Shown piece by piece: positions 1 through 9,839 of a stretch of DNA of 64,000 nt. The notes under the pieces are model-generated. The model was not told the DNA's origin. It saw only the letters and a list, made by a program, of their open reading frames with translations, and did no database searches. Numbering within the stretch: the stretch's first letter is position 1; each line of letters opens with the position of its first letter. Both the position numbers and the translations under genes were made by a program. The stretch comes from Fidelibacterota bacterium (GTDB taxonomy: Bacteria > Fidelibacterota > Marinisomatia > Marinisomatales > UBA1611), in NCBI GenBank assembly GCA_028338895.1, contig JAOLAV010000003.1, forward strand, positions 2,598-66,597, read 5' to 3'.

Positions 1-293
1 CTAATTTTATATCCAAAATCATCTAACCAAGCAATAGAAGTATCTTCGTAAAAATTATTTGGATGAAAAACCTTATCTAAGTAATCGAAAGAGACTCCAT
101 TATTAATGGAACGAAATATATGGTATTCTTGAATATCATCATCCTTGGGGTAATTCCAAGCCATGTGTATACGTGGGTTAGATTGAGCCATCGTATAATA
201 TCCGCGTATATTTGTAGGCTGTAAAGGTGCCTCTTCATCGGTATCACAACTAATTAGGAATAAAAAGAAGAAGAATGTTTTGTATTTTTGCAT
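1..293 (-). CDS. Lipoprotein with FN3-like module, 3' end cut by window edge
   Basis: Reverse-strand ATG at 293-291, open to position 1. Translates MQKYKTFFFFLFLISCDTDEEAPLQPTNIRGYYTMAQSNPRIHMAWNYPKDDDIQEYHIFRS... LISC lipobox. Not in the ORF track because it runs off the window. Confidence 0.5.
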   Translation of the reverse strand, partial: MQKYKTFFFFLFLISCDTDEEAPLQPTNIRGYYTMAQSNPRIHMAWNYPKDDDIQEYHIFRSINNGVSFDYLDKVFHPNNFYEDTSIAWLDDFGYKI

Positions 294-321
294 AGTAAAG
301 ATTAAAATGAGAATAGTTAGG

Positions 322-349
322 AAAAAAGCCTCTTTCTAGAGGCTTTTTT
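322..349 (-). terminator. Rho-independent terminator downstream of tRNA-Gly (bidirectional shape)
   Basis: AAAAAAGCCTCT-TTCT-AGAGGCTTTTTT: 7-bp GC-containing stem flanked by A6 and T6. Confidence 0.6.
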
Positions 350-353
350 CTTG

Positions 354-426
354 AGCGAGAGACGAGATTCGAACTCGCGACCCCCACCTTGGCAAGGTGA
401 TGCTCTACCAGCTGAGCTACTCTCGC
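354..426 (-). tRNA. tRNA-Gly(GCC)
   Basis: Reverse complement GCGAGAGTAGCTCAGCTGGTAGAGCATCACCTTGCCAAGGTGGGGGTCGCGAGTTCGAATCTCGTCTCTCGCT folds as a cloverleaf. Anticodon loop TTGCCAA. No encoded CCA. Confidence 0.9.
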
Positions 427-476
427 ATTTAAATTTTTATTAAATAATTATAGGACTATAAATTATGATTATGTAT

Positions 477-926
477 CTATTCAGACAATGAAGTTTTTGG
501 TGAAAGTTGAAATGATCTATTTTTTTGATTGAAAATGATATATGATGTTATAAGCAATGTCATGTTCTCCATGAGCTTCTGCCATCCAACCATCTGACCT
601 TCTTTTAAACCACATCCACATTCAATGTTAAATCCTCTTATCATTGCTTGAATAACAAGTAAGTTGAACATAATTAGTAGCACACCACTAATAAGTGATG
701 ACCCGTCAATCATTATTCCAAGTATCAATCCAAGACCAATAAAAACTTCAATCCATGGTAGAATAATTGCAACTACATTCTCTAGACCTAAAGGTATAAA
801 ATGATAATTAGATATTTCTCTTGCAAATTGCTGAGGGTCTAAAATTTTCTGATAGCTTGCAACTAGAAAAACAATTCCAAGAACAACTCTCATACATAAT
901 ACTATAACAGGATGAATTTTATTCAT
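477..926 (-). CDS. MauE/DoxX family membrane protein
   Basis: Multi-TM protein with an ECGCG motif (FNIECGCGL) typical of MauE/DoxX. Start placed at MNKIHP (926), which overlaps the rhodanese stop by 8 nt. The longer track ORF (to 983) would overlap the upstream gene. Confidence 0.7.
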   Translation of the reverse strand: MNKIHPVIVLCMRVVLGIVFLVASYQKILDPQQFAREISNYHFIPLGLENVVAIILPWIEVFIGLGLILGIMIDGSSLISGVLLIMFNLLVIQAMIRGFNIECGCGLKEGQMVGWQKLMENMTLLITSYIIFNQKNRSFQLSPKTSLSE

Positions 927-1401
927 TTTCTTGTACCTGGTAGCCTGATTCTGTCCACATCTTCCACCCTCCTTTAAAAACAAGTATATTCATGAAACCC
1001 CAATCCTGTAGATTGTATGCAAGATCTTCACTTGACCCACAATCATCATCGCTACAATAAATAACAAATGGACGATCGAGACCTACTAAGGTGTCAATTT
1101 TTGCAGCTAAGACCTCAATATCATCATCATATATTGCGCCCGTTATGAAGCCTTCTTTTATATATTCTTCTTCTCTAGCATCTACAAATAAAGTTCCATC
1201 ATTATGTAAATTAAAAGCTACGCTAAGTCCAATTTCTCTAATCTCAGGTTCGCTAAGAATAGCAGATAAATCATTTTGATTCTTTATCAATAGAATTGGT
1301 TCAGCAACCCAAGGAAGACTCTTTGGTTTTATAATATTAATAATTATTCCAATAAATACAGGAATAGTTATCAAAAAAATTATCTGCGTTTTTATTTTCA
1401 A
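919..1401 (-). CDS. Rhodanese-like domain protein with N-terminal TM anchor
   Basis: FVIYCSDDDCGSSEDLAYNLQDWGF...FKGGW matches the rhodanese active-site loop region. One N-terminal TM helix. Confidence 0.7.
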   Translation of the reverse strand: MKIKTQIIFLITIPVFIGIIINIIKPKSLPWVAEPILLIKNQNDLSAILSEPEIREIGLSVAFNLHNDGTLFVDAREEEYIKEGFITGAIYDDDIEVLAAKIDTLVGLDRPFVIYCSDDDCGSSEDLAYNLQDWGFMNILVFKGGWKMWTESGYQVQENE

Positions 1402-1423
1402 TTTAAGTTATCAATTATTTTTT

Positions 1424-2635
1424 TTAATGATTATGTCCATCATGGTTAGAATGGCCAGAGTTCAGTTTATTTCTTTTTTTACTCTCAGATTTTGATTTCT
1501 GTAGATTGGTTTTAGGTGTTCTATCCAAAGTTGTACATGTTAAAAGAGAAGAGTTTACAAAGTCAAGCATCTTCGTATTGTCTTGAACTTTTCGACTTAA
1601 GGCTATATTCTTATACTCCAAGGTGTTTATAGCGGATTCAATCGCTTTCTCAGCTTCAATCATATCCGTTTTATATCCATCTATTAGTTTTAAAACATTA
1701 CTTTGATCTGCATAAATTTCTTCAAGTGATTTACTAGGATCTTTCTTTTGAAGTCTCTCAAATCTTTTATTAATTTGTTTAATATTCTTTTCTTGAGCTG
1801 AAACATCAACAAAAGGTTCTTCAGGGTTCTTCATTCCTACATCTACAGTCAATAGATATTTACCTTGTTTACCACATGAATAAACTAATGGACCACCTTG
1901 TTCTTGAGGAGTATTGGATCTTGTCATATTTGTACTACCACTGGTAATAATAAAATCAGCCTCTGGAAAGTCTTTCGCAAGGGTTGCTTGCTTTCCTCTC
2001 TCAATATTTACAAGCAGAACTATTACATCTACTTCATTAAAGATTAACTTAATATACTTATTTCCGGCATCTAAATAATTATCTATTTTCATCGACTTAG
2101 AGGTATCAGGTAAATTATCCATCAATCCAATAATTCCAATATTTAGACCACCTTTATTAATAATTTTAAATGGTTCAAAGATCAGCTCATTCGTATTATA
2201 TTTTTTTAAATTAGCCGAAAGAAATGGAATCTCTGTCTTATCAGATATCTTTTTTAAAAAAGACAGTCCATTAAGTACCTCATAATGACCAATATTTATT
2301 GCATCACAACCAATCTCACTATAACCATCTACTATAGCTTCCGCTCTAAACAATTCAGATTTTTTATTATTTTTAGTTATTTTGGAAGTACTAAAAAAAA
2401 GATCTCCAGCATCAAGAATTAATGGATCTATTCCAGTTTCTCTCAAAGAATTTATTTTAGTAAGTCTTCTAGACAGACCGCCTAGTGGATTTTTTTTTCA
2501 GCCACATGGATCAAGTTGTCCGTGAACACTTCCGGACATAATCATTGTAAAAGACCCACTTGAAGTGTCTGAACAAGAAAAAAGTGTCAGAGACATCATG
2601 CTTATTATTAAAAAACTTTGAATTTTTATTTTCAT
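1424..2635 (-). CDS. Metallophosphoesterase/5'-nucleotidase-like lipoprotein with in-frame TGA (candidate selenocysteine) at 2498-2500
   Basis: ATG at 2635 lies 3 nt after the yciH stop. N-terminus MKIKIQSFLIISMMSLTLFSCSD (lipobox) then SGSVHGQLDPCG-TGA-KKNPLGGLSRRLTKINSLRETGIDPLILDAGDLFF, all in one frame. The track ORF (from 2446) lacks the signal peptide and the first phosphoesterase motif. His-rich C-terminus. Confidence 0.6.
2469..2485 (-). promoter_or_regulatory. SECIS-like hairpin downstream of the TGA at 2498-2500
   Basis: RNA CUAGGC-GGUCU-GUCUAG: 6-bp stem with one G-U pair. Counting U of UGA as +1, the apical loop GGUCU occupies +22 to +26. Confidence 0.4.
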
Positions 2636-2638
2636 TTA

Positions 2639-2965
2639 CTAACCACCACTTAGTTTAGCTTGGTAACCTCTATTGAGTAATAGCTTTTGAATTACTTCTC
2701 TTTTATTGCCTTGTATTAAAATTTCTTTATTCTTTACTGTTCCACCAACTCCACATTTTTTTTTAAGCTCTTTACAAATATTCGATAATTTATATTCAGG
2801 TTCAACAAGACCTTTTATAATACTAACAACCTTTCCTCCACCTTTACGATCTAAATGAATACGTATGTTTTGTTGAAAAGGCTCTGTCGCTTTTTCTGGA
2901 ACGGGTGTTTCAAAATCATTATTTAAAGAATCGGTTGAATAGACGATACAATCTTGGAGTTTCAT
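2639..2965 (-). CDS. yciH: Translation initiation factor SUI1/YciH family
   Basis: GGGKVVSIIKGL...LKKKCGVGGTVKNKEILIQGNKRE...L...GY is the SUI1 fold signature. 108 aa. Confidence 0.85.
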   Translation of the reverse strand: MKLQDCIVYSTDSLNNDFETPVPEKATEPFQQNIRIHLDRKGGGKVVSIIKGLVEPEYKLSNICKELKKKCGVGGTVKNKEILIQGNKREVIQKLLLNRGYQAKLSGG

Positions 2966-3315
2966 TTTATGTAATTAACCTAAAAAATTGAAAATTGTTC
3001 CACATTTTAACAAACAAAAATACTAAATCTTTACAACTATTTAATATAAAGAATCGTAAAAAATCTTGATTCCTTATTTTTTCCATATTTTTTGATAATA
3101 GAACTTATTTTGTAAGTAATATTTCATCAAGTAGGCACTATTTTATAAGATAGTATAATAAATAGAACCATGACTCAGAAAACAGAATGGAAAAAATTTA
3201 TAAAGAACATCAGAATTGTCAAAGAAAATATACGATGAAAGTTATTCGAGATGAATGGAGAGCTATTATTTTAATAATATTACCTCACGGAATTAATCGA
3301 TTTGGCTTCTTCAGA

Positions 3316-4665
3316 ATGAGTGCATATTTTTTAAGAAAAAGATCTTTATTCTTTTTTCTGTTTTCACTCATAATTTTTCCTTTAGAAGCACAGGACAAGG
3401 GTGAAATTAAGTTTGACTTGAAAAGTACTAGTTTTAGTGTAAAAAACCTCCAAACTAGTTGGAGACCTGAGAATAAAAAGAAAGATTTGCATTCCTTAGA
3501 AATTCAAGAATTTGGTCTCAATTTTTCTGATCTTCAAATAAAGAGTCTTTATCATCAGAACAAATTTGTCTCAAATATGACTCTAGAAGGACCGGATCTA
3601 AGCATTAAAGGTTTTAGTCTTTATTCAACAGTTTTTTCTGAGAATTGGATTACAAAAGAAAGATTAAATAACTTATATAAAAAAGAATTAATACCTAGAA
3701 AAAGTCTGGAAGAAATAGCTAAGTCCATAAACCTCTTCCTAATCGACGAGGACTCTCTACCTAGCTCTTTAAATGAACTAGCTATTAAAAAGTATCTTAA
3801 TCTAGATGAGTCACCATTTAATGACTTTTCTTGGACTTATATTCTTGAGTTGCCAAATCAGATTATTGCAAAACCCACTCAAATAAATAAGGATCCGAAA
3901 ACTAATATTATCATTTATAATTTTGCGAATAAAGATTTCCAATTAAGTCCGACCTTAGACTCTCTAAATAACACACCTAATATTCAATGGAACTATAACT
4001 TTGATGTTCAAGAAATTTCACAATTATTTTCTTCTTCTATGGATATAATTCTGGAACCAGTTAAGAAAGAAATTGACTTAGAAATTAATAGATCAAAGTT
4101 TAAGATTGCGAATCTTAATTTTACGGCAACACCAGGATCTCAATTCGAGAATCAAATTAAAATAAACCTTCCTGAATTAATTCTTGAGGTCAATGGTTTA
4201 GTACTTCAGGGAGACTTCTTAGATACCCCACTTATTCATACTATCAAAGGAAATTTTAAATTGAGGGATTTTGAAATAAAATTTCCAAAAGATTTGATGA
4301 AACAACAAAAATTAGAAGATCTTTTAAAAACTTTAGGTATATGGAATAATGCAATTAAAATTAGATTAATTGAAATTGATTTTAATTTAATTAATGAATT
4401 GACAGGCAATATTAAAATTAAAATTCAAACTCCATTTTTAAAGGTTTTAGTCGATGCTTACATGAGTGTCAGACAAAATAGTACTCTAAATCCAGAAATA
4501 ATTCTACACAATACAGAAGTGAAAATTAGTCCAATCGCACTAGGAGTTAGAAAATATATTAAAAGCTGGGAAAAAAAGAATGGGAGGAGACTTAACCGTG
4601 AAGGTTCAACTATTATTTTAAAGGTTAAAGGACCTTTGAAAAATTTATTGATCCAGGGATTTTAA
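3316..4665 (+). CDS. Hypothetical secreted protein
   Basis: Long ORF. The internal Met at 3316 gives MSAYFLRKRSLFFFLFSLIIFPLEAQD, a signal-peptide-like N-terminus. The track start at 3187 adds a non-hydrophobic leader. No recognisable family. Confidence 0.55.
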   Translation: MSAYFLRKRSLFFFLFSLIIFPLEAQDKGEIKFDLKSTSFSVKNLQTSWRPENKKKDLHSLEIQEFGLNFSDLQIKSLYHQNKFVSNMTLEGPDLSIKGFSLYSTVFSENWITKERLNNLYKKELIPRKSLEEIAKSINLFLIDEDSLPSSLNELAIKKYLNLDESPFNDFSWTYILELPNQIIAKPTQINKDPKTNIIIYNFANKDFQLSPTLDSLNNTPNIQWNYNFDVQEISQLFSSSMDIILEPVKKEIDLEINRSKFKIANLNFTATPGSQFENQIKINLPELILEVNGLVLQGDFLDTPLIHTIKGNFKLRDFEIKFPKDLMKQQKLEDLLKTLGIWNNAIKIRLIEIDFNLINELTGNIKIKIQTPFLKVLVDAYMSVRQNSTLNPEIILHNTEVKISPIALGVRKYIKSWEKKNGRRLNREGSTIILKVKGPLKNLLIQGF

Positions 4666-4684
4666 AGAAAAAAATTATAAATAT

Positions 4685-5311
4685 TTATAAAGTTCCAATA
4701 ATTTTTCTACCATGATATTCTTCAGCAGCAATTTTCAAATGAACATCCTTAAAGTTTATTTCATTAATTGATCCTGCTGCAATAATCTTGAAACGACCTT
4801 TATACCTTTCAATCAACTCTTTGATTTTTAAAGATCCTTGAATTGCGTTTTTTTCTCCACCTGAAGTTAAAATACTTGTTATTGGATTAATATCAATAAG
4901 CTTATCCACCTCTTGTATAATATTATCTGTTTTATCAATTGCTTTATGAAAAGTAATTTTCATGGGATATGCTGTATCAGCTACTTTTTTAACCGAAGTA
5001 ATATCAATATTATTTTTTCTAGTAAGCATTCCTGTTACGATTTCTTTAACTCCAAGTTTTTTAACTAAGTTAATTTGTTTTATCATTTTACTAATATCAT
5101 TATCATCATAATGAAAATTTCCAGGACGACATCGAATCATAACTTTAAGCGGTATTGATAAAAAGTTTAATGATTTTTCAATTTCTACATAATTAGGTGT
5201 AAGACCATCGAGTTCGAGGCTTTTGCATAACTCTATTCTATCTGCATTTAATTTTTGTGCAGAAATAGCTTCAGCGGCGTTTTGAACACAGGCTTCTTTT
5301 AAAAAGATCAT
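4685..5311 (-). CDS. cutC: Copper homeostasis protein CutC family
   Basis: EACVQNAAEAISAQKLNADRIELCKSLELDGLTPN, MIRCRPGNFHY, VTGML, ITFHKAID and ILTSGG are collinear with E. coli CutC. Confidence 0.8.
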   Translation of the reverse strand: MIFLKEACVQNAAEAISAQKLNADRIELCKSLELDGLTPNYVEIEKSLNFLSIPLKVMIRCRPGNFHYDDNDISKMIKQINLVKKLGVKEIVTGMLTRKNNIDITSVKKVADTAYPMKITFHKAIDKTDNIIQEVDKLIDINPITSILTSGGEKNAIQGSLKIKELIERYKGRFKIIAAGSINEINFKDVHLKIAAEEYHGRKIIGTL

Positions 5312-5349
5312 ATCTTGAAATTATAATTTAAAGTCCAATGGAGTTATCA

Positions 5350-6654
5350 TCACTCCATTGTTACCTCATCGGAAATTGGTATAATTAATGTATCTTCAAT
5401 CTTAGACTTTTTATGATAGTCTTTTATCAAGAAGACATACATTAAAACTCCAAAAAAATAGAGTAAAGCTGTTATCAAAAATATTTGATAATATTGATAA
5501 TTTAAAATTCTTAACCATTCAAAAATTTTGGCACTTATAAACCAAGAGGCACTCCATAAACTCGAACTTAAAGCACTAATTAATTCTTGATTTTTCTTCC
5601 CTACATAATTCATCATTAATTCATTAGAAGCTGGATGTGCCATATGCATTAACGGTTGACGAAAAACATAGGCAAAGACAGCCACAATTAAAGCTAATGA
5701 GTGGTACGCATATATTTCAGTGAAAGCCATTATAATTAGACATAATATGGCAAAACTTTGAACCACAACAATTGTCATCCAATATCCATATTTTTTTCTT
5801 AATGATGGAACTAATAAAGAAAAAGAGAACACTAATATTGCTGTAAAACTACCTAACAAACTAAATTGGCTCGATGAAAAGCCAAAAACTGAATTAAAAA
5901 ATAAATTAACAAATGGTATTGTTAATCCAGCTCCAATTGAAATCAAAATTAGTGGTGAAATTGCTTTAAATATTAAATCCCAATTATAATTTTTATGAAT
6001 ATTAAAAATTCCTTTTTCTGATTTGACCACAGTTTGCTCGTACTCTTCTATTTTATTGGCAAAGAATAAACCACTGAACCCAATTATGCTAATAAACCAA
6101 AGAATTTTTTGTTCATCAAAAACAAACATTATGTTTTTAAGTATAATAAAGTCAATCCAATTCAACCCACTTATGATAAAACCAGAAATAATAGTTGATA
6201 AACTCCATGTTGCTGCAATTAGAGACAAAGCTTCAGTACTATTTTCTGATGTGGTATTCCTAATGACAAAAGGTAAAGAGCAGACTCTCATAAGCATCAT
6301 GCCAAAGCCCCATAATAAAAATGATAATTGTATTAGAGGAATAATTCCGTAATCAATAGACTCAATAATTAATGCACTGGTTATTGGGACAATTATTGCG
6401 GCTAAAATAAAAAAAGGTTTTAGCTTCCTACCGCGAATATAAATACCAAGAGGGAGAGCAAATGCAAGCGCACTAATAAATCGTAATGAATTGAAAGAGG
6501 CAATCTCAGGGTCTGAAAATCCTTTTTTTCGAAGTAATATATTTAGAACTAAAATAAAAGCGACATGGATAAGACTTAAACTAAATTCTAAAAAAAATAA
6601 TAAATGAATATTTTTAGGTAGAATTTGATAGCTTTTTATAATTTTATAAAACAT
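5350..6654 (-). CDS. MFS transporter
   Basis: 434 aa, about 12 predicted TM segments, typical MFS layout. Ends in TGA. Confidence 0.7.
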   Translation of the reverse strand: MFYKIIKSYQILPKNIHLLFFLEFSLSLIHVAFILVLNILLRKKGFSDPEIASFNSLRFISALAFALPLGIYIRGRKLKPFFILAAIIVPITSALIIESIDYGIIPLIQLSFLLWGFGMMLMRVCSLPFVIRNTTSENSTEALSLIAATWSLSTIISGFIISGLNWIDFIILKNIMFVFDEQKILWFISIIGFSGLFFANKIEEYEQTVVKSEKGIFNIHKNYNWDLIFKAISPLILISIGAGLTIPFVNLFFNSVFGFSSSQFSLLGSFTAILVFSFSLLVPSLRKKYGYWMTIVVVQSFAILCLIIMAFTEIYAYHSLALIVAVFAYVFRQPLMHMAHPASNELMMNYVGKKNQELISALSSSLWSASWFISAKIFEWLRILNYQYYQIFLITALLYFFGVLMYVFLIKDYHKKSKIEDTLIIPISDEVTME

Positions 6655-6676
6655 ACTTGTAATCTTGAGATTAAAC

Positions 6677-6934
6677 TCAGATTACAGAAATAAATAAATT
6701 CTTAATAAAACCTAATAAAACAAATGCTATCATTGGAGAGAAATCAAATCCTCCTGCTTGCACTGGTAAGAACTCTCGAATTGGTTTTAATATAGTGTCT
6801 GTAATAGCATAAAGTATTTTAAGAAATTGATTATATGGGTCATGAGGAATCCAACTTAGAAAAACTCGAACCATTATCAACATTTGCAATAAATTGAAAA
6901 CATTGTTTATAATTGTGAAAAGAATAATATTCAT
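6677..6934 (-). CDS. YggT family membrane protein
   Basis: 85 aa, two TM segments, ...MVRVFLSWIP... motif typical of YggT. Confidence 0.7.
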   Translation of the reverse strand: MNIILFTIINNVFNLLQMLIMVRVFLSWIPHDPYNQFLKILYAITDTILKPIREFLPVQAGGFDFSPMIAFVLLGFIKNLFISVI

Positions 6935-7009
6935 TATTTATTAAAATCAAATTTATGATAGCTTATCATTATATGATTAGCCGAATATAGATAACATAAA
7001 TAGCATCTC

Positions 7010-8311
7010 TCAATCTTTTGAATTTGAATTTATTTTCATCTCTAATATTGACTGCGGATTCATATGCTTTAAGAGAAATGCTGGCAGAAGGCAGATGATC
7101 ATCATAAATAAATAAATATATCCAAGAGTAAAAAAGCTAGTTAGTGGTTCAATTAATTTGCTACCTATAACTACAGACAAGTTAGATATAGCCATATAAG
7201 AAGTAAACATAGTTGCAGATGCCTTTGACCATGAAAGAGCCATTGCTAGTGAAAACATGGCGACAGTACCCAACGCTATAAATGCTGGATAAACCACTAA
7301 ATAGAATATTTGAATCCAATACGGAATTTGTTCATACATTAAAATTGATATTCCAAATAACCCGGACAGTAATGAAAAGCTTCCCCATCCAATAAAAAAT
7401 ATTTTCCTTCTACCATACTTATCAGCTAATAAACCGCCAAGAATAGCTCCAAAAAATTCTAGAACAGCTCCCGGACCACCAGATATTTGAGAATATACGT
7501 CAGGTTCCCAACCTAGCGTTGTATTATAAAAGACAGGTAAAACACCACTATTAACACCTTGGTTTAATGCTGAAAGTAAAATAAAGATTCCTGCTATAAA
7601 TGCCGGTTTTACTGAAAATGCTTTTACTAAATTTTTAATAATATTTAATGGGTTTTGAATGTTTGAAGCTTCCAATTGAGGTACTACAATTTCTTTACTC
7701 CATGGAAACCTTTTCTCATTAGGTTTTTCTTTAATAAAAAGAGGAAATAAAATAATAACTCCCATCAAAAGACTTTGTAAAAGAATAGAAAAAACAAAAC
7801 CATGTGAAACTAAGACGGTACCCATCACAACAGCACCAAAACCAGTCCCAATTACTTTTGCACCCCACATAGCACCATTTACCTTACCTTGCTCTTCTGG
7901 TCGTAAAATATCTACAGCTAGAGCATCGCAGCTAACATCTTGAAGAGATGCAAAACAGTTATGTAAAAAGAACATCCAACCTAACAAGGTGAGGTTACTC
8001 AAAAGGTTTCCCATTAATGCCATCATTAGTAAAGTTGCTAACATACCAAATTGTGCAAATAATATCCACGGGCGACGTTTCCCCATAGGTTTATAATTAA
8101 AGGAATCAATCAAAGGCCCCCAAAACAGTTTAAAAGTCCAGGGTAAATATGCCATTGCAGCTAATTGACCAGACTCAGCCATTGTAAGACCTTTTGAAGC
8201 TAAAAAAGAGATCAATGCCGTTAGCATAAACCCCCAAGGGAAACCCTGTGCAAAATAGAGAATGCATAGTGTCAGTAAACGTAATTTTTTATTTGTTTTT
8301 AATGTATACAC
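7010..8311 (-). CDS. MFS transporter, AmpG/PAT-like
   Basis: LYFAQGFPWGF..., YLPWTFKLFWGPLIDSF and RRPWILFAQ resemble AmpG-family permeases. Confidence 0.7.
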   Translation of the reverse strand: MYTLKTNKKLRLLTLCILYFAQGFPWGFMLTALISFLASKGLTMAESGQLAAMAYLPWTFKLFWGPLIDSFNYKPMGKRRPWILFAQFGMLATLLMMALMGNLLSNLTLLGWMFFLHNCFASLQDVSCDALAVDILRPEEQGKVNGAMWGAKVIGTGFGAVVMGTVLVSHGFVFSILLQSLLMGVIILFPLFIKEKPNEKRFPWSKEIVVPQLEASNIQNPLNIIKNLVKAFSVKPAFIAGIFILLSALNQGVNSGVLPVFYNTTLGWEPDVYSQISGGPGAVLEFFGAILGGLLADKYGRRKIFFIGWGSFSLLSGLFGISILMYEQIPYWIQIFYLVVYPAFIALGTVAMFSLAMALSWSKASATMFTSYMAISNLSVVIGSKLIEPLTSFFTLGYIYLFMMIICLLPAFLLKHMNPQSILEMKINSNSKD

Positions 8312-8409
8312 ATAAATTGTTATTAACTTATTAAATTATATTGGACAAAATATTTTTATATTAATATAAAAATTGATATGAAGACAGTTAAATATATTTA
8401 TTACTAAGT

Positions 8410-9552
8410 TTAAATATAATATTTACTCCTCTTATTTTGTTCTCTAGCAATTTCAATCTCTTCTTTTGTTGCATAATTTTCATCCCAATATTTTAGATTA
8501 CTTAGCATTATTTCATGATATATTTTAGGTGAAATAATAGCCATATATAATATGGATAAATATCCCATGGGCATCATTGGTGCATTATCACCTGGTTCAA
8601 GTTCCCAAAACTTTAAAGTTGACTTTTTATGGTGAGATGAGTGCCTTGTTACATTATAAAGGTACAAGCTACTTAGTTTACTATTTGAATTCCAAGAGTG
8701 CCTAATACCAACAGGCTTTCCAATAGCTCTTACAAGTCCATAATGTTCAGTATAATTAATTACTTCTAAAAAAGATTTTGCTATTATTGAACTAGCGAGA
8801 TAGAACAACATGCTATAAAATCCTCCAATTTTTAAAATAAAAGCAGTAATAATAAGACTTCGAAAATATCCAAGTAACATTTCATTTTTGAAGCTGAAAA
8901 ACATATAATTTTTCTTCTTCATTCTTTTTATCTCAAAACTCCATGCATCTTTTTGTTCTTTTATTATCGCTTTTAAAATAAAGCCATAGAGATTTTCGCC
9001 TCTTTTTGCTGTGGCAGGATCATTGCTAAATCCAACATTTTTATGATGTCCCTGCACATGCTCTACAGCAAAAGCACAATCCCAAGAAAATGCTAAAAGC
9101 CAATTCCCTACAAATAGGTCAAATGGGCTCTTTTTACGGTGAATTAATTCGTGCCCTGGAACCGTTCCCATAATTCCAATAAAAAGGCTTAAAAGCATTA
9201 AAAGTGAAAATTTATCTACTAGAGCTATGGATTGATTCGAGTTTAGTAAATCAGTTTGAAAAAATATTTTCATAAAATCACTAAACCATTGAGGAATATT
9301 ATCACTAAATAATAGAGAAATGTTTATTACAAATACAGAAAGAAATATTAGATTTAAATAAATGGGTAAATTGAGAAAAAATTTAAACTTAAATATTTGT
9401 TTAAGTTGGTCTTTAGGCAAAAGTATATCACCCAAAATAATAAATAGCGAAAATCCTATAAAAAAGACTGTTGGAGAATATGGCCCTTGATTAACTATAT
9501 AAATCGCTAAAATTAAAGTCGCTGTAGATATGTAATACTTTAAATATTTCAT
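8410..9552 (-). CDS. alkB: AlkB-like integral-membrane alkane 1-monooxygenase / fatty-acid desaturase family
   Basis: All four family motifs are present: HELIHR, EHVQGHH, NYTEHYGL, RHSSHH. Confidence 0.75.
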   Translation of the reverse strand: MKYLKYYISTATLILAIYIVNQGPYSPTVFFIGFSLFIILGDILLPKDQLKQIFKFKFFLNLPIYLNLIFLSVFVINISLLFSDNIPQWFSDFMKIFFQTDLLNSNQSIALVDKFSLLMLLSLFIGIMGTVPGHELIHRKKSPFDLFVGNWLLAFSWDCAFAVEHVQGHHKNVGFSNDPATAKRGENLYGFILKAIIKEQKDAWSFEIKRMKKKNYMFFSFKNEMLLGYFRSLIITAFILKIGGFYSMLFYLASSIIAKSFLEVINYTEHYGLVRAIGKPVGIRHSWNSNSKLSSLYLYNVTRHSSHHKKSTLKFWELEPGDNAPMMPMGYLSILYMAIISPKIYHEIMLSNLKYWDENYATKEEIEIAREQNKRSKYYI

Positions 9553-9585
9553 ATCAAAATATAAGTATTTTATGAAATAAAATAA

Positions 9586-9780
9586 TTAACCATAGTGAGA
9601 TTCAAAACACCCCTGAATAAACATGGATCCAATTAAAATAGATATGGATAATCCAAAAGATGTTATGGGGTCTCCTATCCAGAACCAAGAGCAGATGATA
9701 ACCCAGGAAAATGTAAATGCTCTTATCATTAAGGACTTTTTTGAAAGTGTGTGTTTAATCATTTTCTTTATATTTGACAT
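9586..9780 (-). CDS. Small two-TM membrane protein
   Basis: 64-aa ORF, hydrophobic, directly downstream of the alkB-like gene. Family uncertain. Confidence 0.4.
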   Translation of the reverse strand: MSNIKKMIKHTLSKKSLMIRAFTFSWVIICSWFWIGDPITSFGLSISILIGSMFIQGCFESHYG

Positions 9781-9839
9781 ACTATAAATATACTTAAATC
9801 AACTTATCAAATAATTAGAAACTCATAAATAAATTTCAA

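Noticed and set aside
3187-3315. Upstream extension of the 492-aa ORF (track start at 3187)
   Set aside because: The extension is non-hydrophobic and precedes a good signal-peptide Met at 3316. The shorter start is preferred, but this is not proven.
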